The position numbers and the translations under genes were made by a program. Source: Mobula hypostoma (lineage: Eukaryota). Taken from it: 64,000 nt of DNA. Within the stretch, counting starts at the first letter, position 1. Each line of letters begins with the position of its first letter. Under the pieces are notes generated by a model. It made no database searches. It saw only the letters and a program-made list of their open reading frames with translations, and was not told where the DNA came from. This document shows, piece after piece, positions 36,660 through 48,391 of this stretch. The DNA lies in contig NC_086108.1 of the NCBI RefSeq assembly GCF_963921235.1, forward strand, positions 97,404,001 to 97,468,000. Reading direction: 5' to 3'.

Positions 36660-38748
36660 GAATCAGAATCAGGTTGAATATCACTGGCATATATTGTGAA
36701 ATTTGTTGTTTGCAGCAGCATTACAATGCAAAACATAATAATGAAAACTATAAATAACAATAAGAAGTATATATAAAAATTAAATAAGTAGCTCAAAAAG
36801 AGAAAGAAAAGTACTGGGGTAATGTTCAAGTGTTCATTGTCCATTTGGAAATCTGGTGGTGGAGGGGAAGAAGCGATTCCTGAAACCAGAGTCTTCAGGC
36901 TCCTGTCTCCTTGATGGTAGCAATGAGAAGAGGGCACATTGTGGGTGATGGGGGTCCTTCAAGATGGATGCCACCTTTTGGAGACAACCCCCTTTGAAGG
37001 TTTCCTGGATGTTGGGGAGGCTGGTACCCATGATTCAGCCTGTGCAGTGGCCCCTCCACACCAGATGGTGATGTAACCAGTTAGAATGCTCTCCACAGTA
37101 CATCTGTAGAAACTTGCAAGTGTCTTTAATGACGTACCAATTCTTCTCAAACCCCGAATGAAATATAGTCACTGTAATATACTGCCTTCTTTGTAATTAC
37201 ATCAATATGTTGGGCACAGGATAGATCCTCAGAGATGTTGACACCCAGGATCTAGAAACTGTCATCCTTTCCACTTCTGATCCCACGATGAGGACTGGTG
37301 TGTATTCGCTCGACTTCCCCTTCCTGAGGTTCACAATCCATTTCTTGTTCTTCCTGATGCTGAGTGGAAGTTTGCTGCTGTGACGCCTCTCAACCAGCTG
37401 ATCTATCTCGCTCCTGTACGCCTCCTCGTCACCATCTAAAATTCTGCCAACAATACTTGAGTCATTGGCAAATTTATAGATGGTGTTTGAGTTGAGCCTA
37501 GCCACACAGTTGTGGGTGTAGAGAGTGCAGAGCAGTGGGCTAAGCACACATTCTTGATGTGTGCCAGTGTTGATTGTCAGCGAGGAGGAGATGTTATTTC
37601 CGATCTGCCCTGATTGTAGTTTGCCGGTGAGGAAGTCAAGGATCCAGATGCAGAGGGAGGTACAGGGGCCCAGACTTTTGAACTTGTTGATTAGAACTGA
37701 GGGTATGATTGTGTTGAATGACGAGCTGTAATCAATAAACAGCAGCCTGACATAGTTATTACTGTTAGCTAGGTGATCGAAGGCTGAGTGAAAAGCCAAT
37801 GAGACTATATCCACTAGAGACCCATTGTGGCAATAGGCAGATTGCAACACATCCAGGTCCTTGCTTAGGGAAGAGTTGATTGTAGCCATGGCCAACCTCT
37901 CAAAGCACTTCATCACAGCATATGTGAGTGCCACTGGATGATGGTCATTGTGGCAGCTCATCCTGCTCTTTTTGGGCACCGGTATGATTGTTGCCCTTTT
38001 GAAGCAGGTGGAACCTCTGACTGCAACAGTGAGAGTTTGAAAGTATCCTTGAACACTCCTGCCAGCTAGGTCACACAGGTATTCAGAGACCCTCCAGATA
38101 CACTATAGGGGCCTAATGACTTATGAGATTTTACCTCCTTGGAATATGCTCTGACGTTGACCTTTGGGACAGAGATCACAAGGTCACTGGATGCTGCAGG
38201 GATTCACTTAGACATGTTTTTTTTTCTCAAAGTGAGCACAAAAGGTGTTGAGCTCATCTGGGAGTGAAGCATTGCAGCTGCTCATGAGGTTAAGTTTCAC
38301 CCCGTGTTGGCCAGTGGCCAAGTGGTTAAGGCGTCAGTCTAGTGACCTGAAGGTTGCTTGTTCGAGCCTCAGCTGAGGCAGCGTGTTGTATCCTTGAGCA
38401 AGGCACTTAACCACACATTGCTCTGCGAGGACACCGGTGCCAAGCTGTATTGGCCCTAGTGCCCTTCCCTTGGACAATATCTGTGGCTTGGAGAGGGGAG
38501 ACTTGCAGTATGGGCAACTGCCGGTCCTCCATACAACCTTGCCCAGGCCTGCGCCCTGGAAACCTTCCAAGGAACAAATCCATGGTCTCACGAGACTAAT
38601 GGATGTTATAATAGTAGGAAGTAATGGCCTGCAAACCCTACCAGAGTTAACATGCACCTCATTCTATCTCTAACCTCAATGAGAATTGTTTTCTCACCTT
38701 TAATATAGCCTTCTGTAGGTTGTACCTGGACTTCTTGTATAGATAGGT
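36660..38748 (-). mobile_element. Rex1/Babar-type LINE fragment with RT, interrupted by a SINE
   Basis: ORF 37197-37979: PVALTYAVMKCFERL...LFIDYSSSFNTIIP...TGTHQECVLSPLL...YKFAND; upstream LYKKSRYNLQKAI...GLQAITSY at 38610-38745. Confidence 0.88.
38303..38608 (+). mobile_element. tRNA-derived CORE-like SINE inserted in Rex1
   Basis: A-box TGGCCAAGTGG, B-box GTTCGAGCC, core TCCTTGAGCAAGGCACTTAACC; sister of 21829-22117. Confidence 0.8.
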
Positions 38749-38752
38749 ATAG

Positions 38753-39845
38753 ACAGGAAGCAAAGAGTGGGAATAAACGGGACCTTTTCAGAATTGGAGG
38801 CGGTAACTAGTGGGGTACCGCAAGGCTCAGTGCTGGGACCCCAGTTGTTTACAATATATATTAATGACTTGGATGAGGGAATTAAATGCAGCATCTCCAA
38901 GTTTGCGGATGACACGAAGCTGGGTGGCAGTGTTAGCAGTGAGGAGGATGCTAAGAGGATGCAGGGTGACTTGGATAGGTTGGGTGAGTGGGCAAACTCA
39001 TGGCAGATGCAATTTAATGTGGATAAATGTGAAGTTATCCACTTTGGTGGCAAAAATAGGAAAACAGATTATTATCTGAATGGTGGCCGATTAGGAAAAG
39101 GGGAGGTGCAATGAGACCTGGGTGTCATTATACACCAGTCATTGAAAGTGGGCATGCAGGTACAGCAGGCGGTGAAAAAGGCGAATGGTATGCTGGCATT
39201 TATAGCGAGAGGATTCGAGTATAGGAGCAGGGAAGTACTACTGCAGTTGTACAAGGCCTTGGTGAGACTGCACCTGGAGTATTGTGTGCAGTTTTGGTCC
39301 CCTAATCTGAGGAAAGACATCTTTGCCATAGAGGGAGTACAAAGAAGGTTCACCAGATTGATTCCTGGGATGGCAGGTCTTTCATATGAAGAAACACTGG
39401 ATGAACTGGGCTTGTACTCGTTGGAATTTAGAAGATTGAGGGGGGATCTGATTGAAACGTATAAGATCCTAAAGGGATTGGACAGGCTAGATGCGGGAAG
39501 ATTGTTCCCGATGTTGGGGAGGTCCAGAACGAGGGGTCACAGTTTGAGGATAGAGGGGAAGCCTTTTAGGACCGAGATTAGGAAAAACTTCTTCACACAG
39601 AGAGTGGTGAATCTGTGGAATTCTCTGCCACAGCAAACTGTTGAGGCCAGTTCATTGGCTATGTTTAAGAGGGAGTTAGATATGGCCCTTGTGGCTACAG
39701 GGGTCAGGGGGTATGGAGGGAAGGCTGGGGCGGGGTTCTGAGTTGGATGATCAGCCATGATCATAATAAATGGTGGTGCAGGCTCGAAGGGCCGAATGGC
39801 CTACTCCTGCACCTATTTTCTATGTTTCTATGTTTCTATGTTTCT
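38753..39845 (+). mobile_element. Young CR1, 5'-truncated, 7-bp TSD
   Basis: PQGSVLGP...FADD; CGA>TGA stop at 39112-39114; (TTTCTATG)n tail; GGTATAG at 38746-38752 and 39846-39852. Confidence 0.95.
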
Positions 39846-40769
39846 GGTATAGCTGCTTCTGCCCAGTGGGCAAACGGTAAGTCACTACAACAGCTTGGGC
39901 TGGGAAGTGGGCACTGCTAACCAGGTACATGAGGAGCTGTTACCCGAACCAGGCACTCAGTCATCTCTTTAAGGTTCATGCCTGAATAATGGATACTTAA
40001 TGCACTTCAGAAAGTCCTGATATAAAGAGACAGGGCTGGCACCAGTTGTTGGTAAACACTATCCTTACCTCATCACTACCAACGGCAGCCCAAGTAAGCG
40101 TTAGGGACTGAAAACTAAATTAGTTTTTGAGTGGCCAATAAATCTAAGTGTTGGATTCTGGGTGAAACATGGTAAACTTCAAATGTTAGGATCAAAGATT
40201 CATCCCCAATTTACGGGAAGGCATTTCACATGGGGGAATATTTTAAAATAGTATTATATGTTTTACCCCATTAGGTTTGAGGGAAGAAGTGGAGCCTTTG
40301 CAATTAAACATAAGCTTTCAATTGGCAATCACAATTTTAGCACACCAAGTCCTGCAGAATAGCCCAATCCTGCTTCAATGTTTTATGGTAAAGTACACGG
40401 TGCAGATTTTTCGGAATTTTGCCCAATCAGATCTCCCCTCACTACTTAATAAGACAAAACACAATCGACACAGAACTGTTCCCACAACCTATGAACTCAC
40501 TTTCAAGGTCTCTTCATCTCATGTTCTGGGGTATTTATTTATTACTATTTTGTGTTTTTTTTTGTATTTGCACAGTTTGTCTAACTTTGCACACTGGTTG
40601 TTTGCTGATGTGTCGTCCTTCATTGTATCTCTTTGTCTTACTGTGAACGCCCGCAAGAAAACGAATCTTGGGGCTGTATATGGTGACATATATGTACTTT
40701 GATAATAAATTTACTTTGAACTTTGACAGCTGACAGCTTTTGCCAATCCACATTTCAAATAATAAACAC

Positions 40770-41870
40770 GCCGTCAAACTTTGGTTTCGAGTTTATTGGT
40801 GAATAATAAAGCGAAGCGCGGCGCGTGATCCTGCAAGCAAACATCTCCTCGCCAGTCCGACAGATTTTGAGACCCGGCCCCGCACAAAGACCCAAGTTTG
40901 TTGTCTGTTTGCCGTCCCATTAACCCGAAGCCCCGCCGGGGCAGGTGAATGCAACAATATTCTTTTCACAAAGACTCCCACGGGTAATCTAAAAAAAAAA
41001 CCCGCCTATTTTCGGAGACTGGGCTTCAGAGGCGGAAATTGTGAAGTTCAAAAGCTACTGATAACTTCTACATTGTGAAGCCTCTCTACTTTATGCTAGC
41101 GACCAATGTTGCGAACTCTTCGGTAAACCGAATCTCTCGCAGATGGGAATTAGATTGCATCTAGACACAAGTACCAGTCAAATCCACTGGTATAGTGTTT
41201 GATAATGAAGATTCGGCAAAGAAAGCAGGTTATGTTCCTTGATTTTGTGCGAGATAATTATACCAGGGTGATGCGCCAGGAGTGACATTATGCCGCGGCA
41301 ACTCTCTGTGGGATGAAGCCGCTGTCCTCTCGTATGCATCGCAGTTAGGTAATTTTAAATGGATTCTGATTGTTTTTATGTCATAGCTTTACTTTTAATG
41401 CACTTCAATTGTGCGGGAGACACAGCAAGCAAGCCTTATTTTGGATTAAGGGGCTCATGCATATGTAGCGCGCAGTTTGTTTTCATGAATATACATAGAA
41501 CAAGCTAAATGCAATAATGAAAACGAGAAAGGTGAGATTAGAACAGAAATAAAAATCCAGATTGAAGAAGCAGGCGCAAGAATAGATGTCAGAAATCGCC
41601 ATTAAAATGCGCTTGGTGTGAAGTTGCACTTTCCCGCGCCAGTTCGGGTCAGAGTGGGCGTGAGATGGGGTGTGTGGGTGGTGGTGTGCGTTAGCCTGCA
41701 GTTGGCAGCAGAGAGGGAGGCAAGGATAATGTTGACGTGTTGAACACTTCAGGGCCATGTCTGGTGTCGCGTGCTCTCGTAGAGTAGATGTCTGCTCAAG
41801 TGGCAACCCAGAAAAAAAGAGATTTTAATTTGTAGAAGGCTGCAACAAAGTTTAAGCCAATTGGAATGTA
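40770..41870. promoter_or_regulatory. CpG-rich non-repetitive island, candidate promoter
   Basis: Many CpGs against a CpG-poor background; GC boxes (CCCCGCC 40931, CCCGCC 41001), E2F-like TTTCCCGC 41630-41637, YY1-like CGCCATT ~41597, CCAAT boxes, donor-like AG|GTAATT at 41348/41349. Confidence 0.5.
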
Positions 41871-42013
41871 AAGAATAGTAGTTTGTTTTCTTCAAAGTAT
41901 TGGAATTGGTTCATTATTGTCACATGCTGTATCAAGATACTGTGAAAAGCCTGTTTTACATGCTGTTCATATAGATCAAATCATTACACAGAGCAGAGAA
42001 TAAGGTTAAACAG

Positions 42014-42782
42014 ATTATTATCTGAATGGTGGTCGATTAGGAAAAGGGGAGGTGCAACGAGACCTGGGTGTCATTATACACCAGTCATTGAAAGTGGGCA
42101 TGCAGGTACAGCAGGCGGTGAAAAAGGCGAATGGTATGCTGGCATTTATAGCGAGAGGATTCGAGTACAGGAGCAGGGAGGTACTACTGCAGTTGTACAA
42201 GGCCTTGGTGAGACCACACCTGGAGTATTGTGTGCAGTTTTGGTCCCCTAATCTGAGGAAAGACATCCTTGCCATAGAGGGAGTACAAAGAAGGTTCACC
42301 AGATTGATTCCTGGGATGGCAGGACTTTCATATGAAGAAAGACTGGATGAACTGGGCTTGTACTCGTTGGAATTTAGAAGATTGAGGGGGGATCTGATTG
42401 AAACGTATAAGATCCTAAAGGGATTGGACAGGCTAGATGCAGGAAGATTGTTCCCGATGTTGGGGAAGTCCAGAATGAGGGGCCACAGTTTGAGGATAGA
42501 GGGGAAGCCTTTTAGGACCGAGATTAGGAAAAACTTCTTCACACAGAGAGTGGTGAATCTGTGGAATTCTCTGCCACAGGAAACAGTTGAGGCCAGTTCG
42601 TTGGCTATATTTAAGAGGGAGTTAGATATGGCCCTTGTGGCTACGGGGGTCAGGGGGTATGGAGGGAAGGCTGGGGCGGGGTTCTGAGTTGGAGGATCAG
42701 CCATGGTCATAGTAAATGGCGGTGCAGGCTCGAAGGGCCGAATGGCCTACTCCTGCACCTATTTTCTATGTTTCTATGTTTC
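42014..42782 (+). mobile_element. Young CR1, 5'-truncated, TSD TAAACAG
   Basis: 211-aa ORF 42052-42687 nearly identical to 45332-46270; TAAACAG at 42007-42013 and 42783-42789. Confidence 0.95.
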
Positions 42783-43017
42783 TAAACAGTAACAATGCAG
42801 AATAAAGTGTAAGAACTACTGAGAAAGTGCAATGCAGGTAAGCAATAAAGTGCAAGATCATAACGAGGTAGATTATGAGGCCAAGAATCCTCCTCATTGT
42901 ACAAGAACTTCCATTCAAGACTCTGATAACAATGGGACAGAAGCTATCTGGTGTTAATTGCTTTAAGGGCTTTGTATCTCACTGCTATGGGCAGAAGTTC
43001 CCACTTGCTTCAAAAGG

Positions 43018-43233
43018 CCACGCGACAGTGAGAGTAGGAATGCGATGAGGTGGAGGATAAATGCGTGGCTGAGGGATTGGAGCAGGGGGCAGGGGTTCAA
43101 GTTTTTGGATCATTGGGACCTCTTTTGGCGCAGGCGTGACCTGTACAAAAAGGACGGGTTACACTTGAATCCTAGGGGGACCAATATCCTGGCAGGGAGA
43201 TTAGCGGGGGCTACTGAAGTGACTTTAAACTAG
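43018..43233 (+). pseudogene. CR1 ORF1 C-terminus, SGNH/GDSL esterase-like domain (truncated)
   Basis: INAWLRDWSRGQGFKFLDHWDLFW...DGLHLNPRGT contains the DxxH block of CR1 ORF1 esterases. Confidence 0.85.
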
Positions 43234-43234
43234 A

Positions 43235-46200
43235 ATGGTTGGGGGTGGGAATCAAATTAAAGAGGCTAGGCGTGAGGAGGTTAGTTCACAACAGAGGGAT
43301 GGGAACCAGTGCAGAGAGACAGAGGGGTGTAAAGTGAGCGTAGAAGCAAAAAGTACAAAGGAGAAAAGTAAAATTGGCAGGCCGACAAATCCAGGGCAAG
43401 CATTAAAAAGGGCCACTTTTCATCATAATTGTATAAGGGCTAAGAGAGTTGTAAAAGAGCGCCTGAAGGCTTTATGTGTCAATGCAAGGAGCATTCGTAA
43501 TAAGGTGGATGAATTGAAAGTGCAGATTGTTATTAATGATTATGATATAGTTGGGATCACAGAGACATGGCTCCAGGGTGACCAGGGATGGGAGCTCAAC
43601 GTTCAGGGATATTCAATATTCAGGAGGGATAGACATGAAGGAAGGGGAGGTGGGGTGGCGTTGCTGGTTAAAGAAGAGATTAACGCAATAGAAAGGAAGG
43701 ACATAAGCCGGGAAGATGTGGAATCGATATGGGTAGAGCTGCGTAACACTAAGGGGCAGAAGACGCTGGTGGGAGTTGTGTACAGGCCACCTAACAGTAG
43801 TAGTGAGGTCGGAGATGGTATTAAACAGGAAATTAGAAATGTGTGCAATAAAGGAACAGCAGTTATAATGGGTGACTTCAATCTACATGTAGACTGGGTG
43901 AACCAAATTGGTAAAGGTGCTGAGGAAGAGGATTTCTTGGAATGTATGCGGGATGGTTTTTTGAACCAACATGTCGAGGAACCAACTGGAGAGCAGGCTA
44001 TTCTGGACTGGGTTTTGAGCAATGAGGAAGGGTTAATTAGCGATCTTGTCGTGAGAGACCCCTTGGGTAAGAGTGACCATAATATGGTGGAATTCTTCAT
44101 TAAGATGGAGAGTGAGATGGTTAATTCAGAAACAAAGGTTCTGAACTTAAAGAGGGGTAACTTTGAAGATATGAGACGTGAATTAGCTAAGATAGACTGG
44201 CAAATGACACTTAAAGGACTGACGGTGGATATGCAATGGCAAGCATTTAAAGGTTGCATGGATGAACTACAACAATTGTTCATCCCAGTTTGGCAAAAGA
44301 ATAAATCAAGGAAGGTAGTGCACCCGTGGCTGACAAGAGAAATTAGGGATAGTATCAATTCCAAAGAAGTAGCATACAAATTAGCCAGAGAAAGTGGCTC
44401 ACCTGAGGACTGGGAGAAATTCAGAGTTCAGCAGAGGAGGACAAAGGGCTTAATTAGGAAGGGGAAAAAAGATTATGAGAGAAAACTGGCGGGGAACATA
44501 AAAACGGACTGTAAAAGCTTTTATAGATATGTAAAAAGGAAAAGACTGGTAAAGACAAATGTAGGTCCCCTGCAGACAGAAACAGGTGAATTGATTATGG
44601 GGAACAAGGTCATGGCAGACCAATTGAATAATTACTTTGGTTCTGTCTTCACTAAGGAGGACATAAATAATCTTCCAGAAATAGTAAGGGACAGAGGGTC
44701 CAGTGAGATGGAGGAACTGAGTGAAATACATGTTAGTAGGGAAGTGGTGTTAAGTAAATTGAAGGGATTGAAGGCAGATAAATCCCCAGGGCCAGATGGT
44801 CTGCATCCTAGAGTGCTTAAGGAAGTAGCCCAAGAAATAGTGGATGCATTAGTGATAATTTTTCAAAACTCGTTAGATTCTGGACTAGTTCCTGAGGATT
44901 GGAGGGTGGCTAATGTAACCCCACTTTTTAAAAAAGGAGGGAGAGAGAAACCGGGGAATTATAGACCGGTTAGCCTAACGTCGGTGGTGGGGAAACTGCT
45001 GGAGTCAGTTATCAAGGATGTGATAACAGCACATCTGGAAAGCGGTGAAATGATCGGACAAAGTCAGCATGGATTTGTGAAAGGAAAATCATGTTTGACG
45101 AATCTCATAGAATTTTTTGAGGATGTAACTAGTAGAGTGGATAGGGGAGAACCAGTGGATGTGGTATATTTGGATTTTCAAAAGGCTTTTGACAAGGTCC
45201 CACACAGGAGATTAGTGTGCAAACTTAAAGCACACGGTATTGGGGGTAAGGTATTGGTGTGGGTGGAGAATTGGTTAGCAGACAGGAAGCAAAGAGTGGG
45301 AATAAACGGGACCTTTTCAGAATGGTAGGCGGTGACTAGTGGGGTACCGCAAGGCTCAGTGCTGGGACCCCAGTTGTTTACAATATATATTAATGACTTG
45401 GATGAGGGAATTAAATGCAGCATCTCCAAGTTTGCGGATGACACGAAGCTGGGTGGCAGTGTTAGCAGTGAGGAGGATGCTAAGAGGATGCAGGGTGACT
45501 TGGATAGGTTGGGTGAGTGGGCAAACTCATGGCAGATGCAATTTAATGTGGATAAATGTGAAGTTATCCACTTTGGTGGCAAAAATAGGAAAACAGATTA
45601 TTATCTGAATGGTGGCCAATTAGGAAAAGGGGAGGTGCAACGAGACCTGGGTGTCATTATACACCAGTCATTGAAAGTGGGCATGCAGGTACAGCAGGCG
45701 GTGAAAAAGGCAAATGGTATGCTGGCATTTATAGCGAGAGGATTCGAGTACAGGAGCAGGGAGGTACTACTGCAGTTGTACAAGGCCTTGGTGAGACCAC
45801 ACTTGGAGTATTGTGTGCAGTTTTGGTCCCCTAATCTGAGGAAAGACATCTTTGCCATAGAGGGAGTACAAAGAAGGTTCACCAGATTGATTCCTGGGAT
45901 GGCAGGACTTTCATATGAAGAAAGACTGGATGAACTGGGCTTGTACTCGTTGGAATTTAGAAGATTGAGGGGGGATCTGATTGAAACGTATAAGATCCTA
46001 AAGGGATTGGACAGGCTGGATGCAGGAAGATTGTTCTCGATGTTGGGGAAGTCCAGAATGAGGGGTCACAGTTTGAGGATAGAGGGGAAGCCTTTTAGGA
46101 CCGAGATTAGGAAAAACTTCTTCACACAGAGAGTGGTGAATCTGTGGAATTCTCTGCCACAGGAAACTGTTGAGGCCTGTTCATTGGCTATATTTAAGAG

Positions 46201-46270
46201 GGTGTTAGATATGGCCCTTGTGGCTACAGGGGTCAGGGGGTATGGAGGGAAAGCTGGGGCGGGGTTCTGA
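43235..46270 (+). pseudogene. CR1 ORF2 (APE endonuclease + reverse transcriptase), one in-frame stop at 45326-45328
   Basis: APE motifs NARSI, ITETWL, VYRPP, GDFN and SDH; RT motifs YRPVSLTS, LDFQKAFDKV, PQGSVLGP and FADD; the two listed ORFs are in the same frame. Confidence 0.97.
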
Positions 46271-46919
46271 GTGGGATGATCAGCCACGATCATAATAAAT
46301 GGCGGTGCAGGGTCGAAGGGCCGAATGGCCTACTCCTGCACCTATTTTCTATGTTTCTATGTTTCTATGTTAATTGTATCAGTGCCTAAGAAGAATAATG
46401 TGAGCTGCCTTAATACCTATTGCTTGGTAGCACTCACATCTATAGTGATGAAATGCTTCGAGAAGTTGGTCATGACTAGACTGAACTCCTGCCTCAGTAA
46501 GGAGCTGGACCCATTGCAGTTTGCCTATCGCCTGCTTGCATTTATCCTATCTATATTTTTCATAATTTAATATACCTTTTATGTGATAATGTGTATGAGC
46601 AACAAGCATGATGCTGAAGGAAGCATTCATGTTCAGATAAGGGGTGTTGACCCTAACCTGTCCATTTCCCTCCACGGATGCTGCCTGATCTACTGAGTTC
46701 CTCCAGCATCCTGAGTGCTTCCTGATACCAGTATCTGCAGTCACTTGTTCGGGTGATAAATTGCTGAAGACAGGTACAGTATGAGGGATAATTCTTTGAA
46801 GTAGTGTTATGGAATCTTTTCACCTGAGAGGACAGATATAACCTGTATTGAGCATTTTATTGGAAGAGAACACACCAGAGAATTTTTACCTAAAAGAAGT
46901 TTATTTACATAGCTATAAT

Positions 46920-47106
46920 TATTTGTAGATGCTGGAAATCCAGAGTAACATACACAAAATGACGGAGGAACTTAGCAGATCAGGCAGCATCTATGGAGAG
47001 GAATAAAGAATCAACGTTTTGGGCCAAGACCCTCATCAGCACCTTATTCCTCTCCACGGATGCTATCTGACCTGCTGAGTTCCTCCAGCATTTTGTGTAT
47101 ATTATT
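46920..47106. mobile_element. PLE-derived fold-back mini-element
   Basis: ACACAAAATGACGGAGGAACTTAGCAGATCAGGCAGCATCTATGGAGAGGAATAA is inverted to TTATTCCTCTCCACGGATGCTATCTGACCTGCTGAGTTCCTCCAGCATTTTGTGT; possible TSD CTATAAT. Confidence 0.8.
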
Positions 47107-47113
47107 CTATAAT

Positions 47114-48391
47114 TGTCATGGTCCAGTCCGTGAAGTCCGCATTCCGGTTCACGGTCCGGTCCGTGGTCTCAGGACTCCGGGTCTTCCAGCTGTCCCTCGT
47201 TTGATTGAGTTAAGCATAGGCACCTGATTCCCATGTTGCAGGCTTTGAATATACGTAGCCTTGGGGTTGAGTGTGGGTGGCTGGTTTGTCTTGTCAGTCC
47301 CCCGTAGGATAAGTCCTGGCTCTGTGTCTGTGTTCTGTTCTGTCCTGTCTCATGTTAGTGTCGTGTTAAAGATGAGTCCTGGCTTGTCGAAGGATAAGTC
47401 CTGGCTCTATGTTGATGTTCGGTTCCCAGTCTGTCACTGAGCTCCAAGAACTCTAGCCTCGACGATCCCGCAGCCAAGCTCCAAGAACCCAAGTCTTGAC
47501 GATCCCGCAGCCAAGCTCCAAGGACCCTAGCCTCGAGAACCCCAAGCCAACCTCCAAAAACCCAAGCCTCTAGGATCCCACAGCCAAGCTCCAAGAAGCC
47601 TAGCCTAGCCTCGACGACCCCAAGCCAAACTTCAAGAACCGAAGCCTGTAGGATCCCGCAGCCAAGCTCCAAGGACCCTAGCCTCGAGGACTCCAAGCCA
47701 AGCTCCAAGAATCCAAGCCTCGAGGATCCCGCAGCCAAGCTCCAAGAACCCAAGCCTCGAGGATCCCGCAGCCAAGCTCCAAGAACCCAAGCCTCGAGGG
47801 CCCCAAGCCAAGCTCCTAGAACCCAAGCCTCGAGGACCCCAAGCCGAGCTCCAAGAACCCAAGCCTCGAGGACCCCAAGCCGAGCTCCAAGAACCCAAGC
47901 CTCGAGGACCCCAAGCCAAGCTCAAATACCCCCAGCCTGCAGCCATGCTCAAGACCCAAGACCCCAGCCTGCAGCCATGTTATGTCCTTGCCTGGTTCTG
48001 GGGTCCGAGCCCGAGGCAAGACCCAGGTTCTGGGTCCTTGTCCAGTCTTGGTCTCGGACTCCAAGCCTTGTCTTGTCTCCAAGCTCAGGCCTCTAGACCC
48101 CAGCCACGTCCTGTCCTGAAGCCATGTCATGTCCTTGCCTGGTTCTGGGATCCGAGCTCGAGGCAAGACCCAGGTTTTGCGTCCTTGTCCAGTCTCGGGC
48201 TCGAAGTCGAAGCCTTGCCTCCTAGTCCATGGTTTCTAGTCCTGGTCCTGCTTTCCTTAGCCCAAGTCTGCGTTCTTGTCCCTGCTCCTGGTCTGAATCC
48301 TGTCACGTCCCTACTCTAGTCAAGTCCTGTTCCTTGTACTTCAGTGTCTGTGTCTTGCATTTGGGTCCGTTCCCAGCACCCCTTTGTGACA
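47114..48391 (+). mobile_element. Solo LTR, probably Gypsy-type, 1278 bp
   Basis: Starts TGTCA and ends TGACA; 5-bp TSD ATAAT at 47109-47113 and 48392-48396; 3' TGCATTTGGGTCC motif as I recall from fish Gypsy LTRs, used to infer strand; CpG-rich. Confidence 0.85.
47441..47920. repeat. Minisatellite, 13 units of 36-37 bp (one of 41 bp), inside the LTR
   Basis: Consensus GCTCCAAGAACCCAAGCCTCGAGGA(TCCCGC/CCCCA)AGCCAA, counted by hand. Confidence 0.95.

Larger units (their letters stand above)
43018..46369 (+). mobile_element. Near full-length young CR1 LINE, 5'-truncated in ORF1, inserted into a Rex1 fragment
   Basis: ORF1 tail, ORF2, 3' UTR and (TTTCTATG)n; flanks read Rex1 EVPTCFKR (left) and [14 protein letters not shown]...[14 protein letters not shown] (right). 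Confidence 0.97.

Noticed and set aside
36341..36937. 198-aa ORF with poly-Leu, resembling a membrane protein
   Set aside because: It spans a Rex1 3' UTR, the (GAA)n microsatellite and an RTE-derived element.
38303..38385. tRNA-like sequence with A and B boxes
   Set aside because: It is a SINE head continuing into a CORE-like body, with a second copy at 21829-22117; no convincing cloverleaf.
42018..45882. Long minus-strand ORFs (230, 258 and 134 aa; also 16065-16637)
   Set aside because: They are antisense shadows of CR1 ORF2, repeated in every copy, with no recognisable domain.
47441..47920. 36-37-bp repeats of CRISPR-like length
   Set aside because: Units are head-to-tail with no unique spacers, there are no cas genes, the context is eukaryotic and the array lies inside a solo LTR.
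47355..48319. Repetitive ORFs (LGSWSLAAGSSRLGFLEL...)
   Set aside because: These are translations of the minisatellite; the 37-bp units shift frame, so they are not codon-constrained.
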